64,000 nucleotides of DNA from an uncultured delta proteobacterium (GCA_963843145.1 CAWJJC010000017.1:1-64000); one strand, 5' to 3'; positions 19,847-31,746 are shown, counted from the first letter of the stretch. A program made the numbers and translations. Notes: generated by a model from the letters alone, not told the origin.

Positions 19847-21160
19847 TTAGACCGCGCGCTTCGAGCTGGGTGCCCGGCGCCTTGCCGTTTTGGGGAGCTC
19901 CTCCACGCCGCCGATCCGGCCCAGAACGGCGGAGGCCGCGGCCACAGCCGGGTTGGATAGATAGACCTCGCTCTTCGGATGTCCCATCCGGCCCACAAAA
20001 TTGCGGTTGGTGGTGGCGATGGCGTTTTCCCCCTGGGCCAGAATGCCCATATACCCCCCTAAACAGGGGCCGCAAGTGGGCGTGCTGACCACCCCGCCGG
20101 CCTGCAGAAATATTTCCACCAAACCTTCTTTGATGGCTTGCCGATAGATCCAGGGGGTGGCCGGAATGATGATTAAGCGCACACCCTTGGCCACTTTTTG
20201 ATTTTTCAGGACCCGGGCCGCGACGCGCAAGTCCTCCAGTCGCCCGTTGGTGCAGGAGCCAATAACGGCCTGGTCGATCGGAACCCGGCCCACCTGGGAC
20301 AGGGGCCGGCTATTTTCCGGCAGGTGGGGAAAGGCCACCTGCGGTTCGATATCCCTCAGGTCGTACTCCCGCACCGCGGCGTATTCCGCCCCCGGATCGG
20401 AGTGGTAGAAGCGGCCTTCCTTCTTTGACCGCTCCCGCACGTAGGCCCGGGTGATTTCATCCGGTTCGAAGATGCCGGATTTGGCCCCGGCTTCAATGGC
20501 CATATTGGCCATCGTCAACCGGTCGGCCATGGAAAGCCGGGAGACGGCCGGCCCGGAGAATTCCATGGCCTGATACAAGGCCCCGTCCACCCCGATATCC
20601 CCGATGGTATGGAGGATCAGGTCCTTCCCGGAGACCCAGGGCCGGGGTCGGCCGCGATAAATAAATTTTAGGGTGGACGGCACTTTGAACCAGGTCGTCC
20701 CGGTGATCATAGCCGCTCCCAGGTCCGTGCTGCCCACGCCGGTGGCAAAGGCCCCCAGGGCCCCGTAGGTGCAGGTATGGCTGTCCGCCCCGATGACTAA
20801 ATCGCCGGGCAGCACCAATCCCTTCTCCGGGAGCAGGGCGTGCTCGATCCCCATCTCGCCCAGCTCAAAAAAATATTCCAGTCGCTGCTCCCGGGCGAAC
20901 TCCCTGATCAGGCGGCACTGTTCGGCGGCGGCGATATCCTTGTTGGGGACAAAATGGTCCGGCACCAGCACGACTTTCCGACGGTTGAAAACCTTTCGCC
21001 CGCCGGCTTCCTTAAAAACCTGGATGGCGATCGGGGCGGTAATGTCGTTGGCCAGGGTCAGGTCCACTTTGGCCTGGATCAATTGGCCGGGCTCGACGGT
21101 TTTCAAACCGGCATGGGCGGCCAGGATTTTTTCGGTAATGGTCTGGGCTTTTCGAGTCAT
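19847..21160 (-). CDS. leuC: 3-isopropylmalate dehydratase large subunit
   Basis: [31 protein letters not shown]. Confidence 0.95.
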   Translation of the reverse strand: MTRKAQTITEKILAAHAGLKTVEPGQLIQAKVDLTLANDITAPIAIQVFKEAGGRKVFNRRKVVLVPDHFVPNKDIAAAEQCRLIREFAREQRLEYFFELGEMGIEHALLPEKGLVLPGDLVIGADSHTCTYGALGAFATGVGSTDLGAAMITGTTWFKVPSTLKFIYRGRPRPWVSGKDLILHTIGDIGVDGALYQAMEFSGPAVSRLSMADRLTMANMAIEAGAKSGIFEPDEITRAYVRERSKKEGRFYHSDPGAEYAAVREYDLRDIEPQVAFPHLPENSRPLSQVGRVPIDQAVIGSCTNGRLEDLRVAARVLKNQKVAKGVRLIIIPATPWIYRQAIKEGLVEIFLQAGGVVSTPTCGPCLGGYMGILAQGENAIATTNRNFVGRMGHPKSEVYLSNPAVAAASAVLGRIGGVEELPKTARRRAPSSKRAV

Positions 21161-22689
21161 CGCAATTTCTTAATCGGGTTCTTTTTTAAATACTCCAGCC
21201 GGTTCAAGGCATTCAAATAGGCCTTGGCGCTGGCCGTGATGATATCCGGATCGGCGCCTTTACCTAAAACGACGATCCCCTGCTCCTCCAGTCGTACGTT
21301 GACCTGCCCCTGGGCATCCATGCCCCCGGTGATGGCGTTCACCGCGAAGCTCAAAAGCTTGGAATGGGTCCGGGTGATCTTTTTAATGGTATTGAAAGTA
21401 GCATCGATGGGCCCCACCCCGAATCCGGCCTTTTGTAGGATTTCTCCGTTCCATTCGATCTGGACCGTAGCCGTCGGGACCGCCACGTTTCCGCTGATCA
21501 CGTTCAGATAAATCAGCTTGTAGGTATCGGGGATCATCAGAATTTCATCGGCGATCAGGGCTTCCAGGTCTTCGTTGACCACCTCTTTCTTTTTATCCGC
21601 CAGGTCTTTAAAGCGATCGAAGACCTTCTGGAAATCCTCCGGGTTCAGCGCGTAGCCCATCTCCTTTAGCCGCTCCTCAAAGGCGTGGCGTCCGGAATGC
21701 TTCCCCAGGACCAACAGGTTCTGCCCCAAGCCGATGTCCTTGGGGGTCATGATTTCGTAGGTGGACCTTTTCTTAAGCACCCCGTCCTGGTGGATCCCGG
21801 ATTCATGGGCGAAGGCATTGGCCCCCACGATGGGTTTGTTGGCCGGCACCACCAAACCGGTGATCCGGCTTACCAATCGGCTGGTGGGGAATATCTGCCG
21901 CCGATCGATACGGGTGCCATAGGGCTTCAGATCCTTCCGGGTATGAAGGGCCATGACCAGTTCCTCCAGGGAGGTATTCCCGGCCCTTTCCCCGATGCCG
22001 TTAATCGTCACTTCCACCTGGCGGGCCCCCTGGTCCATGGCTGCCAGGGAATTGGCCAGGGCCAAGCCCAGGTCATTATGACAATGCACGCTCCAGACTA
22101 CCTCCGACGGGGCTTGGACCTTTTCCCGCAGGAATCGTATTTTTTCTCCGAATTCCTCCGGCAGGGCGTAGCCGACCGTGTCCGGCACATTGAGGGTCGT
22201 AGCCCCGGCCTTAACGGCCGTCTGCAGGGCCTGAGATAAAAACCCGATTTTGGACCGGGAGGCGTCTTCGGCCGAGAATTCTATGTTTTGGGTATAGCGG
22301 CGGGCGTAACCGATTCCTTCCCGAATCAACTCCAGCACCTCCCGCCCGGTCTTGCGCAGCTTGTACTTTAAATGAAGGTCCGAAGTAGCGATGAAGATAT
22401 GCAGACGGGGATCGGCCGCGGTCTTGATGGCCTCCCAGGCCCGGTCGATATCTCCTTTTTGGGTCCGGGCCAAGGCCGCTACCGTCAATCCCCGGACCTC
22501 CTTGGCGATCAGACTCACGGCCTCAAAGTCCCCCTGGGAAGCCACCGGGAATCCGGCCTCGATCACGTCCACTTTTAATTTTTCCAACTGGCGGGCCAGG
22601 CGGAACTTTTCCGCCTTGTTCATGCTGGCCCCCGGGGATTGTTCGCCGTCCCGCAGGGTGGTGTCAAAAATGATAATACGTTCCGCCAT
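21157..22689 (-). CDS. leuA: 2-isopropylmalate synthase
   Basis: [33 protein letters not shown]. Confidence 0.96.
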   Translation of the reverse strand: MAERIIIFDTTLRDGEQSPGASMNKAEKFRLARQLEKLKVDVIEAGFPVASQGDFEAVSLIAKEVRGLTVAALARTQKGDIDRAWEAIKTAADPRLHIFIATSDLHLKYKLRKTGREVLELIREGIGYARRYTQNIEFSAEDASRSKIGFLSQALQTAVKAGATTLNVPDTVGYALPEEFGEKIRFLREKVQAPSEVVWSVHCHNDLGLALANSLAAMDQGARQVEVTINGIGERAGNTSLEELVMALHTRKDLKPYGTRIDRRQIFPTSRLVSRITGLVVPANKPIVGANAFAHESGIHQDGVLKKRSTYEIMTPKDIGLGQNLLVLGKHSGRHAFEERLKEMGYALNPEDFQKVFDRFKDLADKKKEVVNEDLEALIADEILMIPDTYKLIYLNVISGNVAVPTATVQIEWNGEILQKAGFGVGPIDATFNTIKKITRTHSKLLSFAVNAITGGMDAQGQVNVRLEEQGIVVLGKGADPDIITASAKAYLNALNRLEYLKKNPIKKLR

Positions 22690-22715
22690 AAAAAATCCGC
22701 AATCCTTCCGAGAAT

Positions 22716-23480
22716 TCAAATCGGTTTTTCAACCGGTTCCGGAATCGGTTTTTTTTTCCACAAATAAAGGCTGACTGCCGGACCCGAGAGGACATACCCC
22801 AGGATGAAGACGGTCAGCATCACGAAGGGCTCCATGGCGATCAGGACAAACAACAGGACCCCGGCGACTAAGACATTGAACGAACGCCGCTCCGCCAGTT
22901 TTAACCCCTTGAAACTCGGATAGCTCAGGTTGCTGACCATCAGAAAAGAAAGGGTATACATCATAATCAGAATCAAGAGATAGCCGGTCGAACTGGCCCC
23001 CCCCATCTGGTAGACAAAAAGGATGGTGGCGGACACGATGGCCGCTGCCGCCGGAATGGGCAACCCGACGAAGAAGTTGGGATTCACCTGCCCCACCTGG
23101 ACATTGAACCGAGCCAGGCGCAAGGCCCCGCAGACCACGTATAGAAAGGCCGCCAGCCAGCCGAGGCGGTTGAAAGGCCGCAAGGCCCACAAAAAAACCA
23201 CGATGCCGGGTGCCAGGCCGAAGGCGATCAGGTCGGACAGGGAATCATACTGCACCCCAAAAGCGCTGGTGGTATGGGTCATGCGGGCAATGCGCCCGTC
23301 CAGTCCATCCAGCACGGCAGCCACCAGGATGGAAATCGCCCCCTGGTAAAAATTTCCCTGTATAGCAGCGATGATGGCATAAAATCCACAAAAAAGACTG
23401 GCCGTGGTAACCAGGTTCGGCAATAAAAAAATGCCTCTTCTTCTATCCCGCCGCTTTTTGGCTCTACGCTGCATCTTCAT
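22716..23480 (-). CDS. pssA: CDP-diacylglycerol--serine O-phosphatidyltransferase
   Basis: LPNLVT, DGLDGRIAR...FGVQYDSLSD, RLARFN. Confidence 0.93.
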   Translation of the reverse strand: MKMQRRAKKRRDRRRGIFLLPNLVTTASLFCGFYAIIAAIQGNFYQGAISILVAAVLDGLDGRIARMTHTTSAFGVQYDSLSDLIAFGLAPGIVVFLWALRPFNRLGWLAAFLYVVCGALRLARFNVQVGQVNPNFFVGLPIPAAAAIVSATILFVYQMGGASSTGYLLILIMMYTLSFLMVSNLSYPSFKGLKLAERRSFNVLVAGVLLFVLIAMEPFVMLTVFILGYVLSGPAVSLYLWKKKPIPEPVEKPI

Positions 23481-24112
23481 GACAAATACCCCAACACGGT
23501 CAATCCCGCTTTAGTGCGGTCGCCGCGTTTAATGGTGATCCGGAATTCGAGGGGCAGGTAGAGGTCCACCCGGGATCCGAACTGAATCAGACCAAAACGA
23601 TCGCCGGCGCCGACTCGATCACCGCTTCGAACCCAGCAGACGATCCGGCGGGCGATCAGCCCGGCGATCTGGACCACCGTGAAGTGATCTCCCTGATCCG
23701 TTTTCAAGTGGAGGATATTTTGTTCATTCTGCCCGGAAGCCCTATCCTGGTGGGCCGCAAAAAATTTTCCCGGACGGTAGTCGATCCCCTCGACAACCCC
23801 TTTGAGCGGAACCCGGTTCACATGGCAGTTAAAGACCGACATGAAGATACTGATCTTCAACGTTCGTTCCGCCCCCCCCGGTCCAGCCCCCTGTTCCTCT
23901 ATCAGCAACACCCGCCCGTCAGCCGGCGCCAGTATCGCCCCCTTTCCGCTCGGAGAAACCCGCTCGGGGTCCCGGAAAAAGGCGATCGCGAAGAGAGCGA
24001 AGAGACCGGTCAGACTCATGCCTATCCAGCTCCCCAGCCATCCGCAGAGGACCACCAGTCCCAAACCCAAGGCGATAATGGGAGCCCCCTGGCGGGCGAC
24101 GGGAATACGCAT
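23477..24112 (-). CDS. psd: Phosphatidylserine decarboxylase
   Basis: FFRDPER, APADG, HVNRVP, FGSRVD. Confidence 0.93.
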   Translation of the reverse strand: MRIPVARQGAPIIALGLGLVVLCGWLGSWIGMSLTGLFALFAIAFFRDPERVSPSGKGAILAPADGRVLLIEEQGAGPGGAERTLKISIFMSVFNCHVNRVPLKGVVEGIDYRPGKFFAAHQDRASGQNEQNILHLKTDQGDHFTVVQIAGLIARRIVCWVRSGDRVGAGDRFGLIQFGSRVDLYLPLEFRITIKRGDRTKAGLTVLGYLS

Positions 24113-24126
24113 CCGGATCCAGTGGG

Positions 24127-25116
24127 CTATTTTTTCAGCCAGCTCATCATACCCCGAAGCTTTTTCCCGACTTCCTCAATCGGGTGCTCGGCTTCGATCC
24201 GTCTGAGCCCGTTAAAAACCGGACGATTGGCCTGATTCTCCAGGATCCACTCCCGGGCAAACTCCCCGCTCTGGATCTCTTTCAGTATCCTTTTCATTTC
24301 CTTCCGGGTCTCCTCGGTGATGATCCGTTTCCCCCGGGTCAGGTCCCCGAATTCGGCCGTGTCGCTGACCGAATAGCGCATGCGGCTGATGCCGCCTTCG
24401 TACATCAAATCCACGATCAATTTCAACTCATGAAGACATTCGAAATAGGCGATCTCCGGCTGATACCCGGCCTCGGTCAGGGTATCAAACCCGGCTTTGA
24501 CCAATTCGGTCACCCCGCCGCAGAGGACGGATTGTTCCCCAAAAAGATCGGTTTCAGTCTCTTCCTTAAAGTTGGTCTCAATCACTCCGGCCCGGGTGGC
24601 CCCGATCCCTTTGGCATAGGCCAAGGCAATCTTCAGGGCCTGGCCCGAGGCATTTTGATAGATGGCCACCAGGGAAGGGACGCCGGCCCCTTTTTCGTAT
24701 TCGCGGCGGACCAGGTGCCCGGGACCTTTGGGGGCGACCATGATCACGTCCACCTCCGGAGCAGGCTGGATCTGCCCGTAATGAATATTGAATCCGTGGG
24801 AAAAAACCAGGGTCTTCCCTTTGTGGAGATGTTTTTTAACTTCGTTTTCAAAAAGAAAGGCTTGGGCGTGGTCCTGGGCCAGGATTTGGATGACCTGGGC
24901 CTGAGCCGAGGCCTCGGCGGCCGTCACCGGAGAAAAGCCGTGTTCCTGGGCCAAGCGGTAATTGTCTGTTCCGGCCAATTCGGCCACGACCACATCCACC
25001 CCGGAGTCGCGCAGATTCAGCGCCTGGGCGTGCCCTTGGCTCCCGTAGCCGATAATCGCCACCTTGATCCCTTTCAGGTCATTCAGGTCGGCGTCTTGAT
25101 CATAATAAATCTTCAT
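24127..25116 (-). CDS. ilvC: Ketol-acid reductoisomerase
   Basis: [25 protein letters not shown]. Confidence 0.97.
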   Translation of the reverse strand: MKIYYDQDADLNDLKGIKVAIIGYGSQGHAQALNLRDSGVDVVVAELAGTDNYRLAQEHGFSPVTAAEASAQAQVIQILAQDHAQAFLFENEVKKHLHKGKTLVFSHGFNIHYGQIQPAPEVDVIMVAPKGPGHLVRREYEKGAGVPSLVAIYQNASGQALKIALAYAKGIGATRAGVIETNFKEETETDLFGEQSVLCGGVTELVKAGFDTLTEAGYQPEIAYFECLHELKLIVDLMYEGGISRMRYSVSDTAEFGDLTRGKRIITEETRKEMKRILKEIQSGEFAREWILENQANRPVFNGLRRIEAEHPIEEVGKKLRGMMSWLKK

Positions 25117-25166
25117 CTTTTCCTCCTCAGTCTGATAGTCTAATTATAGATAAGGGCGACAGCCCT

Positions 25167-25697
25167 TCATCCTTTCATTTTTTCACGTTTCAAGGCCCCC
25201 TCTTTTTTGCTGCGGGCCAGGGCGATGGCCCCGGTCCGGGCAATTTCTTTAATCCCCAAATGGCTCAGCAGGTCCAAAATGGCCGTGATCTTGCCTTCAT
25301 TGCCGGTGACCTCGATGGTATATTCCTGGGGGCTCACATCCACCACCTGGCAGCGAAAAATATCCACGATTCGCAGGATTTCCGCCCGGGTGGCGGCTTC
25401 GGCCCTGACCTTGACCAGGGCCATTTCTCTTTCCACAAACTCGGTCTGGGTGAAATCGATCACCTTGATCACATTCACCAGCTTGTTCAACTGTTTGGTG
25501 ATCTGTTCGACGATCTGCTCATTGCCCTGAGTGACCAGGGTTATCCGGGAAACCTCGGGCTCCATGGTTTCCGCCACACAGAGGCTTTCAATATTGAATC
25601 CCCGGCCGCTGAACAACCCGGTCACCCGGGACAAAACCCCGGGTTCATTATCCACTAAAACCGAAATGGTATGTTTTTGATTCTGATTATTTTCCAT
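25167..25697 (-). CDS. ilvN: Acetolactate synthase small subunit
   Basis: ACT domain NEPGVLSRV...RGFNIESL. Confidence 0.95.
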   Translation of the reverse strand: MENNQNQKHTISVLVDNEPGVLSRVTGLFSGRGFNIESLCVAETMEPEVSRITLVTQGNEQIVEQITKQLNKLVNVIKVIDFTQTEFVEREMALVKVRAEAATRAEILRIVDIFRCQVVDVSPQEYTIEVTGNEGKITAILDLLSHLGIKEIARTGAIALARSKKEGALKREKMKG

Positions 25698-25701
25698 ACC
25701 G

Positions 25702-27390
25702 TTACACCAAGAGCATTTCTGTCATAGCCGCCCCGGACGGCACCATGGGGGAAACGCACTCCTCGGAACAAACCACAAAGTCCATGATCACCAGCTTGGG
25801 GATCGACAGGGCTTTTTTGATGACCGGAACCACTTCTTCCGGCCGCGTGGCCCGGAGTCCCACTGCCCCGTAGGCTTCGGCCAGTTTAACGAAATCCGGG
25901 TTGCCTTTTAGGGCCGTTTGCGCATAGCGTTTTCCATAGAACAGTTCCTGCACCTGCCTGACCATGCCCAGATAGCCATTGTTCAGGATAGCGATCTTGA
26001 CCGGGACGTTGTTGGCCACGGCCGTGGCCAGCTCCTGGATGTTCATCTGGATGCTGCCGTCGCCGGCGATGTCGATAACCATGCGCTCCGGGCAGGCGAT
26101 TTGGGCCCCGATGGCCGCCGGGAACCCAAAACCCATGACCCCCAATCCTCCGGAGGTGATAAAAGAATTCGGGCGGTCAAAGTGGTAAAACTGGGCGGTC
26201 CACATCTGGTTCTGGCCGACCTCGGTGGTAATGATGGCCTGGCCCCTGGTGACCTCGTAGATCTTTTCCACGACAAACTGCGGCTTTATTTCCTCCCCCT
26301 CCTGTCGGTAGGTCAGCGGGTGAGCCGCCTTCCACTCCCGGATCTCCTCAAGCCAGGGGAGGCGGAACTCGTTCCAATCCTGTTCGGGCCACTGCCGGAC
26401 CCGATGGTTTAGTTTGGTCAGGGCGTCCTTACAATCGCCCACGATCGGGATTTCCACTTTCACGCTTTTCCGGATGGAAGTAGGATCGATATCGATGTGA
26501 ATGATGCGCGCCTCGGGCGCAAACCGGTCCACATTGCCCGTCACCCGGTCGTCGAAACGGGCACCCACCGCAATCAGCAGGTCGCAATGACCGACGGCCA
26601 TGTTGGCCCAATAGGTCCCGTGCATGCCCAGCATCCCCAGGGAGAGCGGATGCGTTCCGGGGAAACAACCCAGCCCCATCAGGGTCGAGGTCACCGGGAT
26701 GGACAGGGTTTCGGCCAGGGTCTGGATCTCCGGGGAGCAACGGGAAGAGAGCGCCCCGCCGCCGGCATAGATCACCGGTTTCCTGGCCTTCTGCAACGCG
26801 GCGGCCGCTTTCTCGATCTGCCCCGGGTGGGCGTTGTAAGTGGGGCGATAGCTTTTCATTTCGACTTTTTTTGGGTATTTAAACTCGGTGATGGCCTTAA
26901 GCACATCCTTGGGCAGGTCCACCAGGATAGGACCCGGCCGACCGGAGCGGGCCAGGAAAAAGGCCTCCTTGATCACTCGGGCCAGATCTTCCACCCGTTT
27001 GACCAGGTAATTGTGCTTGGTACAGGGTCGGGTGATCCCCACGATGTCCACTTCTTGAAAGGCGTCATTGCCGATGAGCTCCGTCGGCACCTGTCCGGTG
27101 AAAACCACGATGGGGATGGAGTCCATATAGGCGGAGGCGATGCCGGTAACCGTGTTGGTCGCTCCCGGCCCGGAGGTCACCAGGCAGACCCCCACCTGAC
27201 CCGAGGCCCGGGCATAGCCGTCGGCCATGTGGACCGCCCCCTGCTCGTGACGCACCAGGATGTGCCGGATGGGCTTCTTTTCCAGGACATCGTAAATATC
27301 GGTAATCACCGCTCCGGGGTAGCCGAAGACAATTTTCACCCCCTCTTGAAGCAGGCTCTCGATTAGAATCTCGGCACCCGATAATTTCAA
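25702..27390 (-). CDS. ilvB: Acetolactate synthase large subunit
   Basis: RHEQGA, TSGPGATN, GARFDDRVTG, GDGSIQMN. Confidence 0.97.
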   Translation of the reverse strand: MKLSGAEILIESLLQEGVKIVFGYPGAVITDIYDVLEKKPIRHILVRHEQGAVHMADGYARASGQVGVCLVTSGPGATNTVTGIASAYMDSIPIVVFTGQVPTELIGNDAFQEVDIVGITRPCTKHNYLVKRVEDLARVIKEAFFLARSGRPGPILVDLPKDVLKAITEFKYPKKVEMKSYRPTYNAHPGQIEKAAAALQKARKPVIYAGGGALSSRCSPEIQTLAETLSIPVTSTLMGLGCFPGTHPLSLGMLGMHGTYWANMAVGHCDLLIAVGARFDDRVTGNVDRFAPEARIIHIDIDPTSIRKSVKVEIPIVGDCKDALTKLNHRVRQWPEQDWNEFRLPWLEEIREWKAAHPLTYRQEGEEIKPQFVVEKIYEVTRGQAIITTEVGQNQMWTAQFYHFDRPNSFITSGGLGVMGFGFPAAIGAQIACPERMVIDIAGDGSIQMNIQELATAVANNVPVKIAILNNGYLGMVRQVQELFYGKRYAQTALKGNPDFVKLAEAYGAVGLRATRPEEVVPVIKKALSIPKLVIMDFVVCSEECVSPMVPSGAAMTEMLLV

Positions 27391-27629
27391 CTTCCCAGCC
27401 CCTTTTGGCGATAGTCGGTGAGGATCTGGTCGATACGGTCCCGGCCGGCCAGTTTCAACTTCTGGAGGCGTTTTCGCTCCACCTGCTCCTGATCGGAAAG
27501 ATAAAGGCGCTTGTTGAATTCCAGCAACTGGGCTTCGAATTCCCGGTGAGCCTTCATGAGGCGACGCAAATCATCATTCCCCGACGCCGCCAGGAGTTGG
27601 TCGATCAATTCTTCGTCCCTTTTTTCCAT
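27387..27629 (-). CDS. DUF465-like coiled-coil protein
   Basis: H..FE.QL...YLSDQEQVERKRLQKLKLAGRD; overlaps the ilvB start. Confidence 0.75.
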   Translation of the reverse strand: MEKRDEELIDQLLAASGNDDLRRLMKAHREFEAQLLEFNKRLYLSDQEQVERKRLQKLKLAGRDRIDQILTDYRQKGLGS

Positions 27630-28125
27630 ACGCTGCTCCTGAATTTTTTGATTAATTATCTTAGGTTATCTATCCTTTTTTGTCAAATGGAAAGATCCGG
27701 GGGGACTGGCGGCTATATTGGTCGGTCTTAAAATGAAACTTGGCGTTTCTGACCCGGATTCACCGTCCGGAAAGAATTTGGAAGGCCCTTTCGCCGAACC
27801 CCGGCGCCTAAGGCGATAGGAGAGCCACCCAGCCAAAAGAATCAAAAGAATGAAGAGATAATTAAAGAAATGACCCAAAGACCGCCATTTCACTATCGGA
27901 AAATGGATGCCAGATGCCGATAGTCTTACTTGTTCTAAAGGGAAAATATTCTCATTCCGCTTTCTAAAATCTAACCAAGAAATGTCCTTTTCCCCTCCGA
28001 TCATATTCCCTTGACAAATACCTTTTCCTTCAGATAAATTCTTTTGGACATCGTGAGAATATTAGAATTACTGAACGTGCGATCTAAACTTTTCAGCCGG
28101 TCTTAATTTCAGGGCCCTAAGTACA

Positions 28126-28767
28126 ATGATGATCAACGAAAACATTTTTCCCCCGGGGCTACCTTTATCCATCGAGTTGCCCCTTTTGGAAAAAATCAGA
28201 TGCCCTAGTTTTTTTCGAGGCAGCAAGGCAAATCACTATGTTTTGATTGACCATCCTCTCCATAACGGCTTTCCTGCCCGAATCGAAGAAAATACATCCT
28301 GCGTGGTCCGTTTTATTTCCGAAGGGAATGTTTTTGGTTTTTCGGGCCATGTCCTCTCGGTCCTTCGGCATCCCTTTCCTTTGGTTTTTTTGACTTACCC
28401 CAATCAGCTCGAATCCATCAATCTACGAACCACCCCCCGTTACCCGGTCCGCATCGAGGCCAGTTATGCTCATCAACCCCAGGAAGGGTCCGCGCCGGAA
28501 AGCGGCACCGGACTGATCATCAATATTTCCGAGGGGGGATGTCTTTTGGAAGGAAAAGATTTTTTCGATCCGGGAAGCCGCCTGACCCTATCCTTTACCA
28601 TCCCTCCCCAGGAACCCGTTCAGGAACTGGAGGTGGAAGTCAAACGGGTCAAAAAAAGGGATGAACAGGCTCATCTGGGATTAACCTTCATCACTCCTTC
28701 AGAAACCAATACGCGCAAGATCAACGATTATCTCACCCGCCTGAAATCCCTCTGGATCTCCCCCTGA
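28126..28767 (+). CDS. PilZ-domain / flagellar-brake-like c-di-GMP receptor
   Basis: RTTPR (RxxxR) and NISEGG motifs after a PilZN-like N-terminal domain. Confidence 0.85.
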   Translation: MMINENIFPPGLPLSIELPLLEKIRCPSFFRGSKANHYVLIDHPLHNGFPARIEENTSCVVRFISEGNVFGFSGHVLSVLRHPFPLVFLTYPNQLESINLRTTPRYPVRIEASYAHQPQEGSAPESGTGLIINISEGGCLLEGKDFFDPGSRLTLSFTIPPQEPVQELEVEVKRVKKRDEQAHLGLTFITPSETNTRKINDYLTRLKSLWISP

Positions 28768-28822
28768 TGGTTTCCACCTCCGTCCCCTCCAACCGAAAAA
28801 CCATTCGCCGCCCACATTTCGA

Positions 28823-28851
28823 TTGACAGGCTAAAAGATTATGAATAACCT
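28823..28851 (+). promoter_or_regulatory. Sigma70-like promoter
   Basis: TTGACA-17-TAACCT upstream of the DUF2889 gene. Confidence 0.5.
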
Positions 28852-28910
28852 CGGATAAAAAGGGAAGGATTCCAGATTCTCTACAGGTAGAATTCGAAGG
28901 GAGGGGCAGC

Positions 28911-29519
28911 ATGGGTCGATTGAAGGAGCTTGTCCCGGGTCCACCCGTTCATCAGCGGAAGATCGAGATCCGCACATTTCCGTTGGAAAACCAACAAATC
29001 ATTGTCGAGGGCTGGCTGACCGATAACCGCCTGATGGAAGGTTATCATTGGGACGGACGCCGCCGGACTCCCGGTGTGGTCCACCGGATAGGGGTCCGGC
29101 TCCTGGTCGGGGATTGGCCGCCGGTTATCCTGGAGGCGGAAGCCGAAATGGTGGACATCCCCCATGAGCTCTGTCCGACCGTAGCCGACTCCGTTCAAAA
29201 GATCGTCGGGGTGTCGGTGTCCGCCGGTTTCAGCGAACAGATCCGCCGTCGCCTGGGCGGGGTGGAAGGTTGCTCTCATTTGACCCACCTGATCCTGGCC
29301 ATGGGCCCGGCAATCCTGCATGGATTCTGGGCGGAGCATTCACGGAAGCCCCGACCCGGACCGCGGTCGAGAGAGGATGTCCAAGGGCTGCCTTATCTGA
29401 TCAACAGTTGTCAACTCTGGCGGCAAGACGGTCCCCTGCTTCACCTGGTTGACGAAACGATCAGGCGATTAAACCAGGAGAAGGAAACGCCCGGGATCCG
29501 AGAAGAGGACGAGGGCTGA
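28911..29519 (+). CDS. DUF2889-domain protein
   Basis: HQRKIE, PHELC, LGGVEGCSHLTHL, INSC. Confidence 0.8.
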   Translation: MGRLKELVPGPPVHQRKIEIRTFPLENQQIIVEGWLTDNRLMEGYHWDGRRRTPGVVHRIGVRLLVGDWPPVILEAEAEMVDIPHELCPTVADSVQKIVGVSVSAGFSEQIRRRLGGVEGCSHLTHLILAMGPAILHGFWAEHSRKPRPGPRSREDVQGLPYLINSCQLWRQDGPLLHLVDETIRRLNQEKETPGIREEDEG

Positions 29520-29552
29520 TGACTTCATCGTTTTAGGAGGAGAATTGCCATA

Positions 29553-30413
29553 GTGGACTTACAGCAAACCGAATACGATTTAAAAGACGGCATCGCCCGG
29601 ATCCGGCTGAATCGCCCGGAGCAGTTGAATGCCTTCACCCCGGTCATGCGGGAAGAATTGATCCATCTATTTAAGGAAGCCGATGAGGATGACGCCGTCC
29701 GGGTGGTGGTGGTGACCGGTGCCGGCCGGGCCTTCTGTGCCGGAGCCGATCTGTCGGCCGGAGGCCAGACTTTTGACCGGGCCCGCCGGGAAGAACGGGA
29801 GATCCCTATCAGCCAGCACCGCGACGGAGGGGGACAGGTGTCCCTGGCTGTCTATAAATGCCGCAAACCGGTGATCGCCGCTATCCACGGCCCGGCCGTA
29901 GGCATCGGGATCACCATGACCCTGCCCATGGATATCCGGATCGCAGCGGAAGACGCCAAGATCGGGTTTGTCTTCGCCCGCCGGGGAGTGGTGCCGGAGG
30001 CCTGCTCTTCCTGGTTTCTACCCCGGATTGTGGGAATTTCCAAATCCGCCGAACTCGTACTCACCGGCCGGATCTTCCGGGCCCGGGAGGAGGCGCACTC
30101 CGGCCTCTTTAACTATGTGCTGCCGCAGGATCAGGTCTTGCCGAAGGCCCTGTCCATCGCCCGGGAAATAGCCGACAACACCTCCGCCGTTTCCGTAACG
30201 TTGAGCAAGGCCCTGCTCTGGCACGGGCTGGCCGAAGGCGATCCTCAGTCGGTCCACCTGATCGATTCGCGCGTATTTTTCTGGGCCGGAAAAAATAAAG
30301 ATGCCTACGAAGGCGTACAGAGCTTCCTGGAAAAACGGCCGCCCCGATTCCCCTTGAGCCCGACCAAAGACCTCCCGGATTTCTATCCCTGGTGGAAGGA
30401 ACCGAAAGTCTAG
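29553..30413 (+). CDS. Enoyl-CoA hydratase/isomerase (crotonase family)
   Basis: LNRPEQLNA, AFCAGADL, KPVIAAIHGPAVG. Confidence 0.92.
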   Translation: MDLQQTEYDLKDGIARIRLNRPEQLNAFTPVMREELIHLFKEADEDDAVRVVVVTGAGRAFCAGADLSAGGQTFDRARREEREIPISQHRDGGGQVSLAVYKCRKPVIAAIHGPAVGIGITMTLPMDIRIAAEDAKIGFVFARRGVVPEACSSWFLPRIVGISKSAELVLTGRIFRAREEAHSGLFNYVLPQDQVLPKALSIAREIADNTSAVSVTLSKALLWHGLAEGDPQSVHLIDSRVFFWAGKNKDAYEGVQSFLEKRPPRFPLSPTKDLPDFYPWWKEPKV

Positions 30414-30430
30414 TACAAAAAAAAACTACT

Positions 30431-30473
30431 CCAATAATCAATTGCCAATTGTCAGTTGATAATTGATTATTGG
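30431..30473. repeat. AT-rich inverted repeat with 13-bp perfect arms
   Basis: CCAATAATCAATT...AATTGATTATTGG. Confidence 0.65.
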
Positions 30474-30484
30474 TTCTTGCAATT

Positions 30485-31715
30485 ATGCGTATTCTCCACG
30501 CTCTCAGCCAGCGCCCGGAAGCCACCGGCAGCGGCATCTATGTCCGGGCCATGGTCCGCGAAGCCTTCCGGGCCGGGCATGACAATTTCCTCTTGGCCGG
30601 TATCCCCTCGGACGATCACCCTCAGCTCGACTGTCTGACCGGCGACCAGTGCTCCTACGTCCATTTCGAAACCCCCCGTCTCCCTTTTCCGGTGGTGGGC
30701 ATGAGCGACGTCATGCCCTACCCCAGCCGGCGTTTTTCCGATCTGACCGCAGCGGACCTGACGCTATATGAAAAATGTTTTTCGGACCGGCTGGATGAGA
30801 CGGTCAAGAACTTCCAGCCGGATATCATCCATAGCCACCACCTCTGGCTTCTGACTTCTTTGATTAAAAGGTCCTTCCCCCAAATCCCGGTGGTGACCAC
30901 CTGCCACGGTTCCGACTTGCGCCAGTTCCAGAAATGCGAGGATCTCCAACCACGAGTCCAGTCCGGATGCGGGCGTCTGGATGGTGTCATGGCTCTAAGC
31001 CAGGCTCAAAAGCGGGAAATTGTCCGCATATATGGTTTATCTCCCGATCAAGTCTCCGTGGTGGGAGTAGGCTATCATCAGGAAATCTTTAAACCGGAAC
31101 CGAAACCCCTTCCCCCGCCGATCGAAATGGTTTACGCCGGCAAGCTCAGCCGGGCCAAAGGAGTCCCCTGGATGTTGCGGGCCCTCTCGGAAGTCAGCGA
31201 ACCCACCTGGAGGCTACATTTGATCGGGGGAGGGGCTGGACCCTGAAAAAGAAGAGGCCCTTTCCTTAGCGGAAACCCTGGGAGATCGAATCCAAGTTCA
31301 CGGCCCCTTGCCCCAGGAAAAACTGGCGGAGATTTTTCGGCGCTCCCATCTCCTGATTTTACCATCCTTTTACGAAGGACTGGCCCTGGTCCTCCTGGAG
31401 GCCCTGGCCTGCGGTTGCCGGCTGGTGTCGACCAACTTCCCCGGCCTCGAGGAGGTGCTGGGAGAACTGCCCGGTTCCTATTGCCGCCTGGTGGACCTGC
31501 CCCGCCTGAAAAGTTTAGATACCCCTTTCCCGGAGGATGAAGGCTCATTTGAAGAGCGTCTGACGGCAGCCATCCGGGATCAGATCAAAGCCGTTTTGAG
31601 GGGGCCTAAAATGGATCCGGGCCTGATCTGCCCTATCTTGGAGCAGTTTTCCTGGCCCAGGGTTTTCGAACGGGTTGAGAAGGTATATTACCAAGCCTTA
31701 AATCGGATTTGTTGA
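30485..31715 (+). CDS. Glycosyltransferase family 4, split by a frameshift at about 31241-31243
   Basis: ORF 30485-31246 (HSHHLW, YAGKLSRAKG) joins ORF 31308-31715 (LPSFYEGLALVLLEALACG) if one C is removed from GGACCCTGAA. Confidence 0.85.
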
Positions 31716-31746
31716 TACGAATAAGGAGAATTCGTCCTCTAGCTGG

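Noticed and set aside
24184-27366. Long antisense ORFs (319 aa and 289 aa) and similar shadows over murJ, glgP and rtcB
   Set aside because: Expected stop-poor shadow frames of GC-rich genes, with no recognisable motifs.
27666-28004. 112-aa ORF with one hydrophobic segment upstream of the ilv operon; possible attenuator leader
   Set aside because: No recognisable family, RBS or Ile/Leu/Val leader-terminator structure; left uncalled.
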